DNA of 64,000 bases from Octopus vulgaris (Eukaryota): assembly GCA_951406725.2 (NCBI GenBank), contig OX597829.1, positions 32,984,001 through 33,048,000 on the forward strand. The letters are read 5' to 3'. The notes beneath the pieces were generated by a model. That model searched no databases, was not told the origin of the DNA, and worked only from the letters and a program-made list of their open reading frames with translations. Shown here in pieces: positions 12,776 to 24,680 of the stretch (positions are counted from its first letter, which is position 1; each line of letters begins with the position of its first letter). A program made the position numbers and the translations under genes.

Positions 12776-12789
12776 GCCTGAATACTAAA

Positions 12790-13186
12790 AACTACATATG
12801 GGTATACACTCTTTTATGTACTGTATATATGTGGGTATGTATGTATAGCTGTATACATGTATCTGTGTGTGTGTGCATGCACGTATGTGTTTGTGTATGT
12901 ATATAAATATATGTAGAAATATGTTTGTAAGGGTGTACACCCTCTTATTTATGCGTGTACATTGTATGCATGCATGCATGTGTATATGAGTGTGCCGTTT
13001 TATGCATATATATGTATATGCATGTGTTTATGTGTGTATGTATGCACACATGTACATATGAATAGGTTAGTACAGTTACATAGATGTGTATGCACACGTG
13101 TTTCTTGAGATATGTCTATACATGTATACATTTATGTATATGTGTATATTTATGTATATGAGTGTGTGTTTGTGCATGTGTGTATG
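12790..13186. repeat. Degenerate (TA/TG)n microsatellite
   Basis: Mixed tatg/tgtg runs. Confidence 0.8.
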
Positions 13187-14790
13187 CTTCTCGGCCATGC
13201 TTTTGTTTATTTTGGTGTCGGAGAATTGATTACATTAATATTGAGTGGAGGTGGTGAGTTCGAATGATTTATTGGAAGTGTTTGCGGTGTTGAGGAATTT
13301 TTCTTCTTCACAAAATGCAAACCCAAACATACGCAGGAGCGGCAAGCAAGGAATTAACTACAAACGAAATACAGAAAATGATATTTTAAAGAATTACTTC
13401 GACAGCTTAAAAAGAGAAGGTGACTGTGTAAGGATTACACCACCTGAAGAAGAAGCTAAAGAAGCTGAAAAACGTATAATAACATACCGAACATGGAAGG
13501 TAGATTCAAAGAAAATAGAATTGGCAGAAATTGCAGAGATTGAATGTTGTCTGCAGAAACTTGAAGGAGAACCTACCTTCTATAACAGAGGTAGAAAATA
13601 TGCAACAGTGGTCGTCCATTTTAAAAGCAAAGAAGATGCGAAGAAGAACGCGATGCAAATATTAAAAACAGAAAAATGGATTTTATTGCTTAGTTATCGT
13701 GGGAAAAGAGCAGTTAGAATACGAATTAGTAAAATTTCACCAGAACTAAAAATGGAAAGAATATTAGCAGCAGTTGTTTTTAACTGCAAAGAAAATGTAG
13801 AAATTTTAAATGTTAAAAAATCCAAAGATGTACAGTGGTGGGGTTATGCAGTGCAGGTTTTGATTCATATAACCATACCTGATCTGTATAAAATCCCAGA
13901 GGAGTTAGTTTTCCGACGAGACTCGACTGAGAGTCATGGTGGAGGGGAGACCACCAGTGTGCTACAAGTGTAAACTCAGAGGACACATGAAAGATGCATG
14001 TCCGACTAGAACATTGAACAATAAGACAGATATAGTGCAAACGGAAAAGGTAGAATGTGTAAACACAGAAATTGTAGAAAGTGAAGAAGAGTTGGAGAAA
14101 GAAAAGGAAAAAACAGATGGAAAAGAAGATAGAAAAAGAGCGAGGGTGGAATCACCACCTAAAGCTCAAGAAAAGAAAAAAAAGAAAAATAAGACTATAG
14201 AGGAAAAGGATGATAGTATGAACGAAGATAAGAGAATAAAAGAGATAGAGAAAGAACCGGAACATTTATCGATAGACCAAAAATGGAAAAGAAAAGTGTC
14301 AGAGAAGTTAAAAGCATGTAAAGAAAGAAGAAGACCAGTAGGAAATAATCTCAAGGTAGTAATTTTATACATGAAAGATAAAGAAATAGAAAAAAGACTG
14401 GCAGGTAAGAAAGGTTTAATAAGAGTTAGGCTAAACCCAGAAATATTTGATGATCAAGTAAAGTCGGCGATAATAGAAAAAGAGACATTTTTAAAATTGA
14501 AAAGTGTTTTTTCAACTGTTTGTATAATGCAATATATTCGATACGACAGTTTGCCTGCAATAATAGAGCAAGAAGATATATTAGATTACATTACAGATGA
14601 ACGCCCAGTATAACAGAACGGTATTTTAAATGATTTTACGAGTTTTGGGGAGCTCGTAAACATTCCATATAATTCATTATACATATTTCATTTCATGGAC
14701 ACTGCTCATTTTATTTTATTCTATGTACCCCACGTCCTGTTTTTGTGTCGCCCCCTCTATTTTTCGGGCTACCGTGCCTATAATAAAGAT
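13186..14790 (+). mobile_element. ORF1-only (HAL1-like) non-autonomous Tx1/L1 derivative
   Basis: ORF 13245-14613 (one frameshift near 13910) is collinear with the Tx1 ORF1 and has a CYKCKLRGHMKDAC knuckle. A ~170 bp 3' UTR ends in aataaagat. No ORF2; flanked by TA/TG repeats. Confidence 0.75.
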
Positions 14791-14896
14791 AGTATATATG
14801 TGTATATGTGTGTATGTATATGTGTATATATATGCACATGCATGTCTATATGTATATGTATGTGTGTGTGTGTGTATATATATATGTATATATATA

Positions 14897-15419
14897 TATA
14901 CATAGAAGTAGATATATGGCACAACGAAGTACCGATATTTACTGGAAATAGCGAACGTAATAATACGACGCTAATGTATAGCTTCACCGCGTATGTACTA
15001 GCAAAAATGCGTGAGTGCAACAAACTCGAAAAAATTGTCTTACCTCCAGGGAGAACATCTGAAAGATGAAATACCCAGAAAAGGATAATGTGGGACCGGA
15101 GCCGGTTTCAGATTTTTCAAGATATGCCTGCACACATATACTTGATCTATCTTCATCAGCCAAACATATACCACAACAACATTTCAGGCATATCTTGAAA
15201 AATCTGAAACCGGCTCCGGTCCCACATTATCCTTTTCTAGGTATTTCATCTTTCAGATGTTCTCCCTGGAGGTAAGACAATTTTTTTCGAGTTTGTTGCA
15301 CTCACGCATTTTTGCTAGTACATACGCGGTGAAGCTATACATTAGCGTCGTATTATTACGTTCGCTATTTCCAGTAAATATCGGTACTTCGTTGTGCCAT
15401 ATATGTACTTCTATGTATA
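14897..15419. repeat. Long foldback: ~234-bp arms (14897-15130 / 15185-15419), 54-bp spacer
   Basis: Arms are near-perfect reverse complements (about 3 differences). Confidence 0.95.
15091..15162 (-). ncRNA. Type I hammerhead ribozyme spanning the foldback spacer and left arm
   Basis: Minus strand: tgg-CTGATGA-agat..tcaagtatatg..catatcttga..atct-GAAA-ccggctccgg-TC-cca. Confidence 0.8.
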
Positions 15420-15474
15420 ATTTTCCCTCACGGGCTATTCTTTACTGGAAAGCAATACTCTCATATTGCAATAC

Positions 15475-15519
<45 letters not shown>

Positions 15520-16300
15520 TGTTAACTAAATCTTTAAACTTAATACATAGGACTTAGTGTTTACAATATATTTATCTCGTTAAAAACATGGTGTAGATAA
15601 AACTAGAATAAATAGATAGAAATATTTATTTTATCTATGAAAAATATATTTTAATTAAATAAATATATGTATCGTAACTTATAATTATCAAATAACAATA
15701 TAGAAATCAATATTTTTACAATAAAAATCAAACAAAATTCAATTCAAAATTCAACAATATTGTTTTAAAAAGAAATTCATAACTTATCAAAGAAAATCTA
15801 ACTGAATTTTAAACATAAAAACATAGGCCTTAGCGTTTATAAGAAATTTAACTCGTGAAGACGTTGCATAAATAAAAAAAATAGAATAAATGCATATAAG
15901 TATGTATTATATTAATGAAAATGACGAAAAGATATTTAAGCTTCTAGAATCAGAGAATAAGAGAACAAAAAACAAAACTATAAATTATCATTTACTGGAA
16001 GATTTAAAGTCCAAATAATTAATATAAAATACATAAAATATACATAATATAGTTAAATTAATTTATATTATATAATTAATATTCATTAATTTATATATTC
16101 ATTTATTTATTTAATAAACATCCAAGTTTAAACATATTCAAATAATGTAATATACAACATATATTATCATGCGAATTTATACACTAATACTACAATAAAT
16201 TATATCTACAACAAATTAGTAACATAAAATAGGGTTTTATATATACGGAAAAATTAGCTAAACTTATATAAGTAATGTAATTTATGCTTGCATTTATATA

Positions 16301-16692
16301 TCTTTATATATAAAAGTGAGGTTGTGTGCTGTCTGTCTCCTACGATTTAGATTCCTTACTCCCACATTTTGCGGTGCAGTTTAACCAAAACCGGGTATCT
16401 TATAGTCGTGATTCATATCGAGCCCTTCTGGGTATTAGCGCGCGTCTACGATGAGTCTACGATTTAAAAAAAAATTTACTATCAATTTTTCCCATCTTTA
16501 ATACATTTTTGTCATATATAAGGGAAGTAACTCTCTAAAAATTTATTATTAAATCTCAGAACGTAAAAAGCTACAGCAACACCCCCCTTTGTGGTTAGCC
16601 ATATTGAGATGGCTATTATACTTTACATCTCTAAAAATGCTTATATAGTTATTTCCCTTACAAACCCGAGCAACGCCGGGCGATACTGCTAG
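16301..16692 (+). mobile_element. Non-autonomous Helitron
   Basis: A|TC 5' end (tctttatatataaaag), subterminal hairpin cccg-agcaacgc-cggg, CTAG|T 3' end. Confidence 0.8.
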
Positions 16693-17084
16693 TATATATA
16701 TAAATTTAAATGTAAAGTATGAACGAGAGCAACTAGCGTCCACTTGATGTAGGAATGACATCGTCAGTTTTTAAGTTACAATTTTATAACAGGTGAAAAT
16801 AAAAAGACAGAAAAAAAACAGAAAAAAAGGAAAGAAAAAGAGAGAAAGAAGAACATTTAATCAAACAGCTTTGTATAAATTTGATGATATTCTCCTATTG
16901 TCTTATTCATTCCTCCAGGGTGTGATGTTAATAACCTGCAAACATATTTCTCCTCATACATTGAGAAGTGCAAGCGAAACAGATTCAGAATATTTTTTGA
17001 GAATATGCACTTTCAAGTCTTCAAAATTGCAGCCGCTTGAAACCAAATGTTCAGCAAGTTCTGTCAAACTACTGTTATTGTGCC

Positions 17085-17265
17085 TGAAGATGGCTGTATA
17101 ATCCCCAGTGGAAGAAGAGGCAGTCACCAAAACTGTAGAGACATCGGAAGGACCCTACACTATGATGAATCACCTGTCCAATGTGACATACCGGATCTGA
17201 GGAGGCAAGAGGTCCCATCCTAAGTTTGCACATGTGAACTATCTGTGGGAATACTATAAGCCATG
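17085..17265 (+). pseudogene. Gypsy integrase C-terminal (GPY) remnant
   Basis: Translates with shifts to WLYNPQWKKRQSPKL...EGPYTMMNHLSNVTYRI...HVNYLW. Confidence 0.6.
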
Positions 17266-17759
17266 CTAATTCCACTGGAGGTTGGAAGCATCTGTTGATG
17301 AAGGTACGGGGGAGGACCAAGGAGAAGAAACACAAGAGTAAGACAATCACTGTGAAGAGGAAGTGAACCATGAAGAGGATCAAGGGATGCCAGAGGAAAT
17401 GGATCCATGTAGGAACAACATCCTCAGAGGTGGCAAAGGAGAAAAACCCATAAATTCAAGGATTATTTCCTGTGTAGTGACGTCATTTTCCAGTGTGCGC
17501 ACACACAACGTCATTCTTCAGTGTGCGTGTGCGGAACGTCATTCTTCAGTGTGCGTGTGCGGGGCTGGAACCTTCTGGAAAGGCCTAAGGAAGTTCCCTC
17601 ATGCACATGTGCTAGAGACTGGGGAAGAAAATTCTATCGTGTTCCTTGTTAGCGTCGTTGACTTGAGACACGGCTATTGAAGAGAAAGGACGTGTTAAAC
17701 TAAAGAAAGGAAATTGGTTGCACCCAAACAGTGTAAAGAATCAACCAGTTCCATTACAG

Positions 17760-17771
17760 TGGTGACCCCGA
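17760..17771 (+). promoter_or_regulatory. Primer-binding site, tRNA-Trp type
   Basis: tggtgaccccga immediately after the LTR end. Confidence 0.75.
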
Positions 17772-18560
17772 GTTCTGGTCATAGACCATAGAATACTCAA
17801 CTAAGATCTAGTTTCTACCGAGTCTGAACCAATCAACCACCATCTCCGCCGCAGTCATCATCATCTTTGCTTCAATTTTATCGTTGTTTTGTCATAGACA
17901 CAGAGCGTAGCCAAACATATTATGAAGACGCTATTGTAAACCAACGACAGACATAACGTCATAACCAACATCGTCTCCATCTACAAAAATTCAAGTGTAC
18001 ACAAGATACAGATTCTACTCATGCTGTAGTGTGAAAATCTCACCACGGAAGAACAGTTGCAGTATATATATCTGGAAGAATATCTATATCAAGAGAAAAA
18101 TATTCAGAACAAGTGACTCAACTAATCTCAGCTCTGAGACTCAAATCTTGTATAGAACTCATTATCGTGTACTACATGAACTGGTAAAATAACTCCATTT
18201 AAACACAAAATGTTGAGATTTCTCTCATGCTCTGTTGTGTTTGCATAAACCTTATTTCTGTACATCTGATGCACGGAAAAAAAAAAAAAAAATAAAAATT
18301 TTTTGTTTCAAACGCGACAAAGGTTGGTAAAATAAAAAAAAAAAGAATTTTTTATTCTCTGTGCATACAGTACAAAAAGAAAAAGAAAAAACATTTTTTT
18401 TTGGTAAAATTTACACGTAAAAAAAACTTATTGGTTCAATTGCTGGTCTTCTTTTAATTTCTATTTATTTCTGTTCCTTTTTCCATTTGCGTCAGTTCAA
18501 TTTTTCGTCGTCATTTCCCTTTCCTTTGACAGTCATCTATTTAAATTTAAAAAGAACAAA

Positions 18561-19271
18561 ATGTCTTTGGCATCATTACCCATTTTCACAGGTGATGCTA
18601 CACTTTGGTTTGCACAACTAGAGGCATATTTTTGTGCACATAATGTTTCTTCTGAGCAGCAGTTGCAAATTCTTTATAGTTGTATGCCTCCTCAACTTGC
18701 AACTACTACCAGAGATCTTATTACAGATCCTTGCCCAAACGCCACTTATGCGTCTGTTAAATTAGAAGTAGAAAAAAGAAACACTAGAAGCGAGGAAAGT
18801 CGCTTCAATGAATTGATGGTGGATGAAGAGTTGGGAGATAGGACTCCTTCTGAATTTTTGCGACGTTTAAGAGAGTTGAGCGGAAAAGCTGCTGACGCTC
18901 CTCTGCTTCGGAAAATTTCTTTTTCAAGGTTGCCCGCCTATATACAAACTGTTTTGGCAACCGCTTTAGAGTCCAATACCGTGGACCAGATAGCAACCAT
19001 GGCAGACAAAATGGTTGAATTTGCCGTGCGACCATCTTCATGTGCTGCTTGTGTCTGCTCGGAAACTTCTGCAGCCTCAATTGAGAGACTTTCTAAACAA
19101 ATAGAAAGTCTCACCAAAAGGATGAACGCGATGGCAAGCGATTTTCAAGATCGCGTAGTCGTAGCCGTTCTTTATCTTGTTCCACACAGTCAAAGTCTGG
19201 ACTGTGTTGGTATCACTCCAAATTTGGGGAGAAAGCACATACAGCCATGCACCTATAAAGATTTAAACTAG
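18561..19271 (+). CDS. Gypsy gag (3' end frameshifted)
   Basis: LPIF..DATLWFAQLEAYF and LGDRTPSEFLRRLREL are typical of CsRn1-type gag. Confidence 0.8.
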   Translation: MSLASLPIFTGDATLWFAQLEAYFCAHNVSSEQQLQILYSCMPPQLATTTRDLITDPCPNATYASVKLEVEKRNTRSEESRFNELMVDEELGDRTPSEFLRRLRELSGKAADAPLLRKISFSRLPAYIQTVLATALESNTVDQIATMADKMVEFAVRPSSCAACVCSETSAASIERLSKQIESLTKRMNAMASDFQDRVVVAVLYLVPHSQSLDCVGITPNLGRKHIQPCTYKDLN

Positions 19272-19319
19272 CTTTGGAGGAGTTGAGCACGTCAACTTTC
19301 TCCACATCGTTCGCTAGTT

Positions 19320-20010
19320 ATCGTGCATTTTTTGTTAAAGATCTAGTGTCGAAGAAATACTTCATGGTAGACACTGGTTCTTGTTGCAGCATTTGGCCTC
19401 TGCATCTCACAATCGACAGGCCAAAATGATCTACTGTTACTTTGCACGCTATTGACTTGTCACCAATAGCCACATTCGGGCAGATTTCTTTACACCTCGA
19501 CATAAATCTTTGTCAAGATTTTCAGTGGGTTTTTGTCATTGCTGATATTCCGTATCCTGTTTTAGGTGCAAATTTTCTAAATAATTTTGATCTATTGGTA
19601 GATGTCAGGCGTCGGAGGCTAGTTGACAGTTCAACTACACTCTCCACGCCGACCAGAGAATCTACCGATTCAGCTCTTAGCCCGACATTTTTTGTTGCTA
19701 TATCTGGAGATGTTTTTCATTCTCTTTTGGCTTCTTTTCCAGAGCTACTTGATATTACCATTAAAATGGCAAAACCCGTACACTCGACACTCCATTCTAT
19801 TACAACGACTGGGCCGCCTGTTTTTTCGTGCCCACGGCGTCTTGCACCTGACCGTCTTAAAACAGCTAGGGCTGAGTTTGAGCATATGCTCCAGCTTGGT
19901 CTGATACACCCATCCACCAGTCCATGGGCATCACCCCTTCATTTAGTTCGAAAAGGGGATACAGATTTTCGCCCGGTGGGAGATTATCAGCGTCTAAATT
20001 CTATGACACG
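19320..20010 (+). pseudogene. Gypsy pol: aspartic protease + RT N-terminus
   Basis: FMVDTGS, VLGANFL, SPWASPLHLVRK, RPVGDYQRLN. Stop near 19430; truncated. Confidence 0.85.
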
Positions 20011-20924
20011 GCAGGAATGATCTCGTTTGAGATTACAGCCATCTTTGGTCGAGTTGTTCCTGTTGTGTCCACTGAATTGATTGGTTGACATGTGGCGCAA
20101 TTTGTCTCTACTTATTTCGCGCCACTGTCCAAAGCCAACCAATCACAGCCTTTGGTTAAGGTCCCTTTTCCTAGGCTCTGTTGAACCACCTTTCTTGTAT
20201 ATAAAGGATTGTTCTCAGTATACTTGGTCTTTTGACTCTAGACCTTCTAAGGTCTGGTCACTGACCAATGAGCTACTCAACATGTTTCAGTTCCAGCGAC
20301 ATACGATTGCTCCTGCTACAACCAGCGACGACGCTAACATACACCAGCACCCCTTCTATCTCCACCGCCGTCATCACCATCATTGTACCAACTTTAAGTC
20401 GTCTCTACCATCGTCCACTTTAGATATGTAAACACCAACTTCACAGACCCACACTGTTAGAGTGAATCCCTTCACTAAGTAAAACAGTCCATCTGAAGAA
20501 TTCTATATCAGGAGAACCAGCTCGGCGATTGAGACCACAACCGCGGCTCGACAATATTCGCCCAACCGGTCTCCGCCTGAGACACATCTTGATATGGAAC
20601 TCTTACACATCGTGTACCTTATGAACTGTAAACCAATTTCCATCATTAACTCTATGCTCTGTACTTTCTGTGTCACACGCATTCACCCTCATTTGTATCT
20701 GTCACACACACGAACACACAGACACAAACACTTGTTGCAAGCACACATACACAACACTTGCTAGCACTCATAACCCTCTAACCTTAACACAAACAGTAAA
20801 TAAAATCTTATCTTCTCTCAAACAGTGGAATGGCTTGTCGTCATTCATCTATATTCTGTTGGCACTGCATTGTATAAATTGTATTTATGGCTTATTTTAT
20901 TTCGTTAGGGATGCGGCCGTGTGA
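20004..20924 (+). mobile_element. Probable solo LTR
   Basis: Termini tgacacggc / gccgtgtga (one mismatch), tatataaa near 20198, aataaa near 20799. No clear TSD. Confidence 0.5.
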
Positions 20925-21325
20925 CTTACCTATGTCGCCAACCTCCACAGACTGTCGTATTTCCTACACCTGTATGATTAATGTATTTAGGCTTAAGGAC
21001 TGAATATTCATAGATGTATACTTCTGTTGGGTTGACAAAGGTCTAAGGAGGGAGTAGAATTACAAAAGAATATAAAGTCAATCATTTGGAGCAAATATTC
21101 TAAAAATATAATTTTAAATGGTACTACTCGAAATTGAAATTCTGTCCTTTAGTTCAACAAAAGAAAACAAATAATGAATCCATAATTCATTCTATTGAGA
21201 AATAGCATTCATTGATCATGTGATTATTTTAAAGCATACTGCACAGTTTGTGTTTTTACTGTGAGGTGAATGATTCAAATTGATGAGGGAACGTATGGTG
21301 TCAGTTGATGATGTGAATGGTTACT

Positions 21326-21480
21326 GTGAAGTCAGACAAGGAACTACAGTTGGTGGGAAGTCAGGCGACAAGTTGATGTGAAGTTGGGTGATGAGGAACT
21401 ACAGTCAGTGAGAAGTCAGGCAACAAGGAACAACAGTTGGTTTGAAGTCAGGTGACAAGGAACTACAGTCATGTGAAATC
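21326..21480 (+). repeat. Degenerate ~32-bp minisatellite
   Basis: gaagtcagg(c/t)gacaaggaactacagt repeated 4-5 times. Confidence 0.7.
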
Positions 21481-24399
21481 AAAATCAATTCATTGACAGA
21501 ATTCACTGTGATGTATCATGATATGATGAAAAAAAATATTTTAACAAAAAGTACAATGAGAGTGCTTCTTTCATGGCTCAAGCTCAGTACAATAAGCTAA
21601 TGGTTTCACTGTTTAGAGAACAGATAGTACATATGAATGGTACCTAGTGAACTGAATCAGCATGATTTTAACAAAGACAGGTATCAACCATATACCTTCT
21701 GGTCCATAATTGGACATTATATAGTTTGAAGAAGTAAAAAAAAAAATTCATTGCAATAATGATTTTTCAACTCAAAATATTTTTATGAAAGGATATAGTG
21801 ATAAAATTGATCACAGTATACGCTAGTATTTACTGACACTTAAAAAAAATAAATGGCAAAGTCAACTCAGATAAGATTTGAGATTTGAATACAAAATATA
21901 GAAATAAATACTAATTTCTTACACATATACCAGATCTCCAATTTGGGAAGTGTGTGTGGATTAGGTTTTCTACTTCAGTACATAACTGGTACTTATATCA
22001 GTCCAAGAAGTATAAAAAGCAAAGTTAACTAGTGCAAAATTTAATACTGAAGGACATTTCTATACTCTACTTCTTGTGTTACTTTCAATATCTTTCCATT
22101 AACTATGCCACAGCATAGTGCAATAGGTCTATACTTTGAATAGCTTTTATAGCTTTCTACACAATTTTACTCTCATTATCAAAAGAAAAAAAAAGGTTTA
22201 TGAAAGGACAATTAATGCATCTAAAAAGTATACAAATTTGCCAAAAATATGCATTTCTTCATTTAAGAGTCCACTAACATATTTTGCATTTATATTTTAC
22301 TAATTAATACTTGTTAAAACAACAACACTTACCTCCATGCATTAAAAAAAAAGTTGCAAATTATGATCAAGTTATCATCAAGCATTTAACTTCAGTTGTT
22401 TGGCCCAGATCAGTCTTGCCCTAGTGGACATAGTACTATCCCATGTGTTGTAAAACAGATACAAATATTTTCTTACAGGACTTGAACTTACAACATAGAG
22501 GAAAGTGAAACAGAGTGCATTTATTCAAGTTCACTGACACCAGTTTTATCGCACCATTTCCACATATCTGTTCAATTATCTTTATTTTAATACCATCCAT
22601 TTTCCATTGCCATATGCATCTCCATTTGTTTGTTTCTCAACTTTTAGAGTTTTATTTTATGGGGAGCTGTTTTCTCTTTACTGTCACTGTTATTTTTGGA
22701 ACCTACAATTATGTTACATATGAAATAATATCTTCTGATACAACAAACAAGGCAACATATTCCAAGAATTCTCAAATCATTGTAACAAATGTATTTCTGC
22801 AGATACACAGGTTATATGTCCCAAACAATGCATCTCCATTATCACTTTCTCTAGTGACATGCCTCTGAATCTGGAGCTACCACATTCTACATCTTATTAA
22901 ACAATATCAAGTTTAGTCACTTTTCTGGAATATCCAAACGACTTTCATACTTGTTGGTTTTGCTTTATTGTTAGATATCTGTAAGATATCTCATCTACCA
23001 TGACAATATGGTCAACCAACATAAGCTATCAACCCAGCTGGGTCCTCAGTGAAGAGAATGCAGAGTCTAACTCGAAATATTGAGCAACATGGCCAAATAG
23101 TCTGAGCTGGTGCTCCCAAATCGAGCAAGTGTAATCAGTGTTGCTAAATTCCAAATCAGTCATCATTTTCCTATCATTTATTCTAATATTGTATAATCAA
23201 GGACTAGATTATCCTGTGTATCATCCTTTTGTAATATAGTAGCTTTTGCTGCTATCTTTAACAAATCAAATGACAACATATCAGCTCCTTTGAATGTATG
23301 AATGTAATCCAAGTCAACTCTGAACCAGAAAGTCTATGACCTAGAGTAGATTCCCACCAATAACAACTCTTATGTTTTATTCACAATTAGTATATCTAGA
23401 CTGTCCTTTCTAGGATGGTATGGTAGGTTTTTATAGAAATTTGGTTGCTATTTCTGGCAAGCATTGCATCTGTTACTTTTGAGAAAACTGAAGTTCAAAG
23501 GAGTTCCATCTGCAACCAACTCAGCTTATTTATCAAACAAATTATGCAATGTGTTATTTTGTTTTAAGATGGTAGAATGTAATTTGAGGAAGATTTGGTT
23601 GATGTTTCTAGACGGTTCAGTGACTATATAAAATTTCCTTCTATTGTAGATTCTCTTGCTGCTGCCACTTTTGTTGTTGTTGCTGCTTCTACTGTTACTG
23701 ATGCTATTACTGCCTCCATCCTTATTATTGTTCTTGTCACTGTTATCAAAACTTCAATGCATCATTCAGTCTTATTTAATGTTGAATTCATTTTCCAATA
23801 AAAAAAAAAAGTAGATTTCTAGACAATAAAAAAAAGTAGATTTACAGAGGATCTACATAAAAAAAATATGCATTAACAACAATTAGTTTCATAGAATAAT
23901 TCACAGCTATAAAGGCATAAATACAATAGTAACAAGAGCATTCAGAGAGTGCAAACCTTCACCAAGGAAACACCAACATCCTCTCAACAATTAGCTGGAG
24001 ATGATTTTTTTAAATGAGAATATCTGAAATAAACTTGACTGCTCTCAAATGAGAATAAAAAAAAATAAACCCAACCAATATGAGTGAATATGTATGCAAG
24101 TATGTATTCAACATACACATGCACGCACACATACATACACATGTAAATCTAAAGATGCTGTATTCAGTGCGCCATAGTGATAAGAATTTCTTCTTGTGAA
24201 CCAATGAAAGTGCTTCTAAATGATTATTTGAACCACAAGAAACAGTAGTCAAAATTACCCTCAAATTACAATCTCACTATCCAATGGCGAAGACACATTT
24301 GACAATGTAGCCTTCAATTCATTCTCTGTAAGGGAAAAAGGAGATGGTCACGCTCAATGTTTCCAACAATAATTTCTTTTACTGGCAAAGAGCACAAGT

Positions 24400-24680
24400 G
24401 TTGCTAGTTCCAGTATTATTACTGTTGCTTTGATCCATCAGACCTATATTTAAGGCATATTGTCTCTCTGTATAGCCCAGTGCAAGATCTGAACTAACCA
24501 TGAATTCCTGTCTTCCTGAACTTGAAGTAGATTTTTTATCTGTAGAGAAACCACTTGAAAGTTATAAATACAGCAATAAGACCTTTTGTTCTGCCAAGCA
24601 TATTTGTAGCTGAGGTTTTATCACACCCCATAACTCAGTTATATTATCCACTGCATCCATAATCTTGAATTCTTGTCAAA
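24400..24680 (-). pseudogene. Possible pogo/Tigger transposase C-terminal remnant
   Basis: The minus strand reads IMDAVDNITELWGVIKP, resembling the post-DDE helix. Heavily decayed. Confidence 0.3.

Larger units (their letters stand above)
17473..20010 (+). mobile_element. 3'-truncated Gypsy LTR retrotransposon (CsRn1/Kabuki-like)
   Basis: 5' LTR 17473-17758 (tgtagtg...cattaca), then PBS, gag, protease and the start of RT. Confidence 0.85.

Noticed and set aside
15500-16290. Functional AT-rich element
   Set aside because: Low-complexity sequence with only a short degenerate duplication; nothing supportable.
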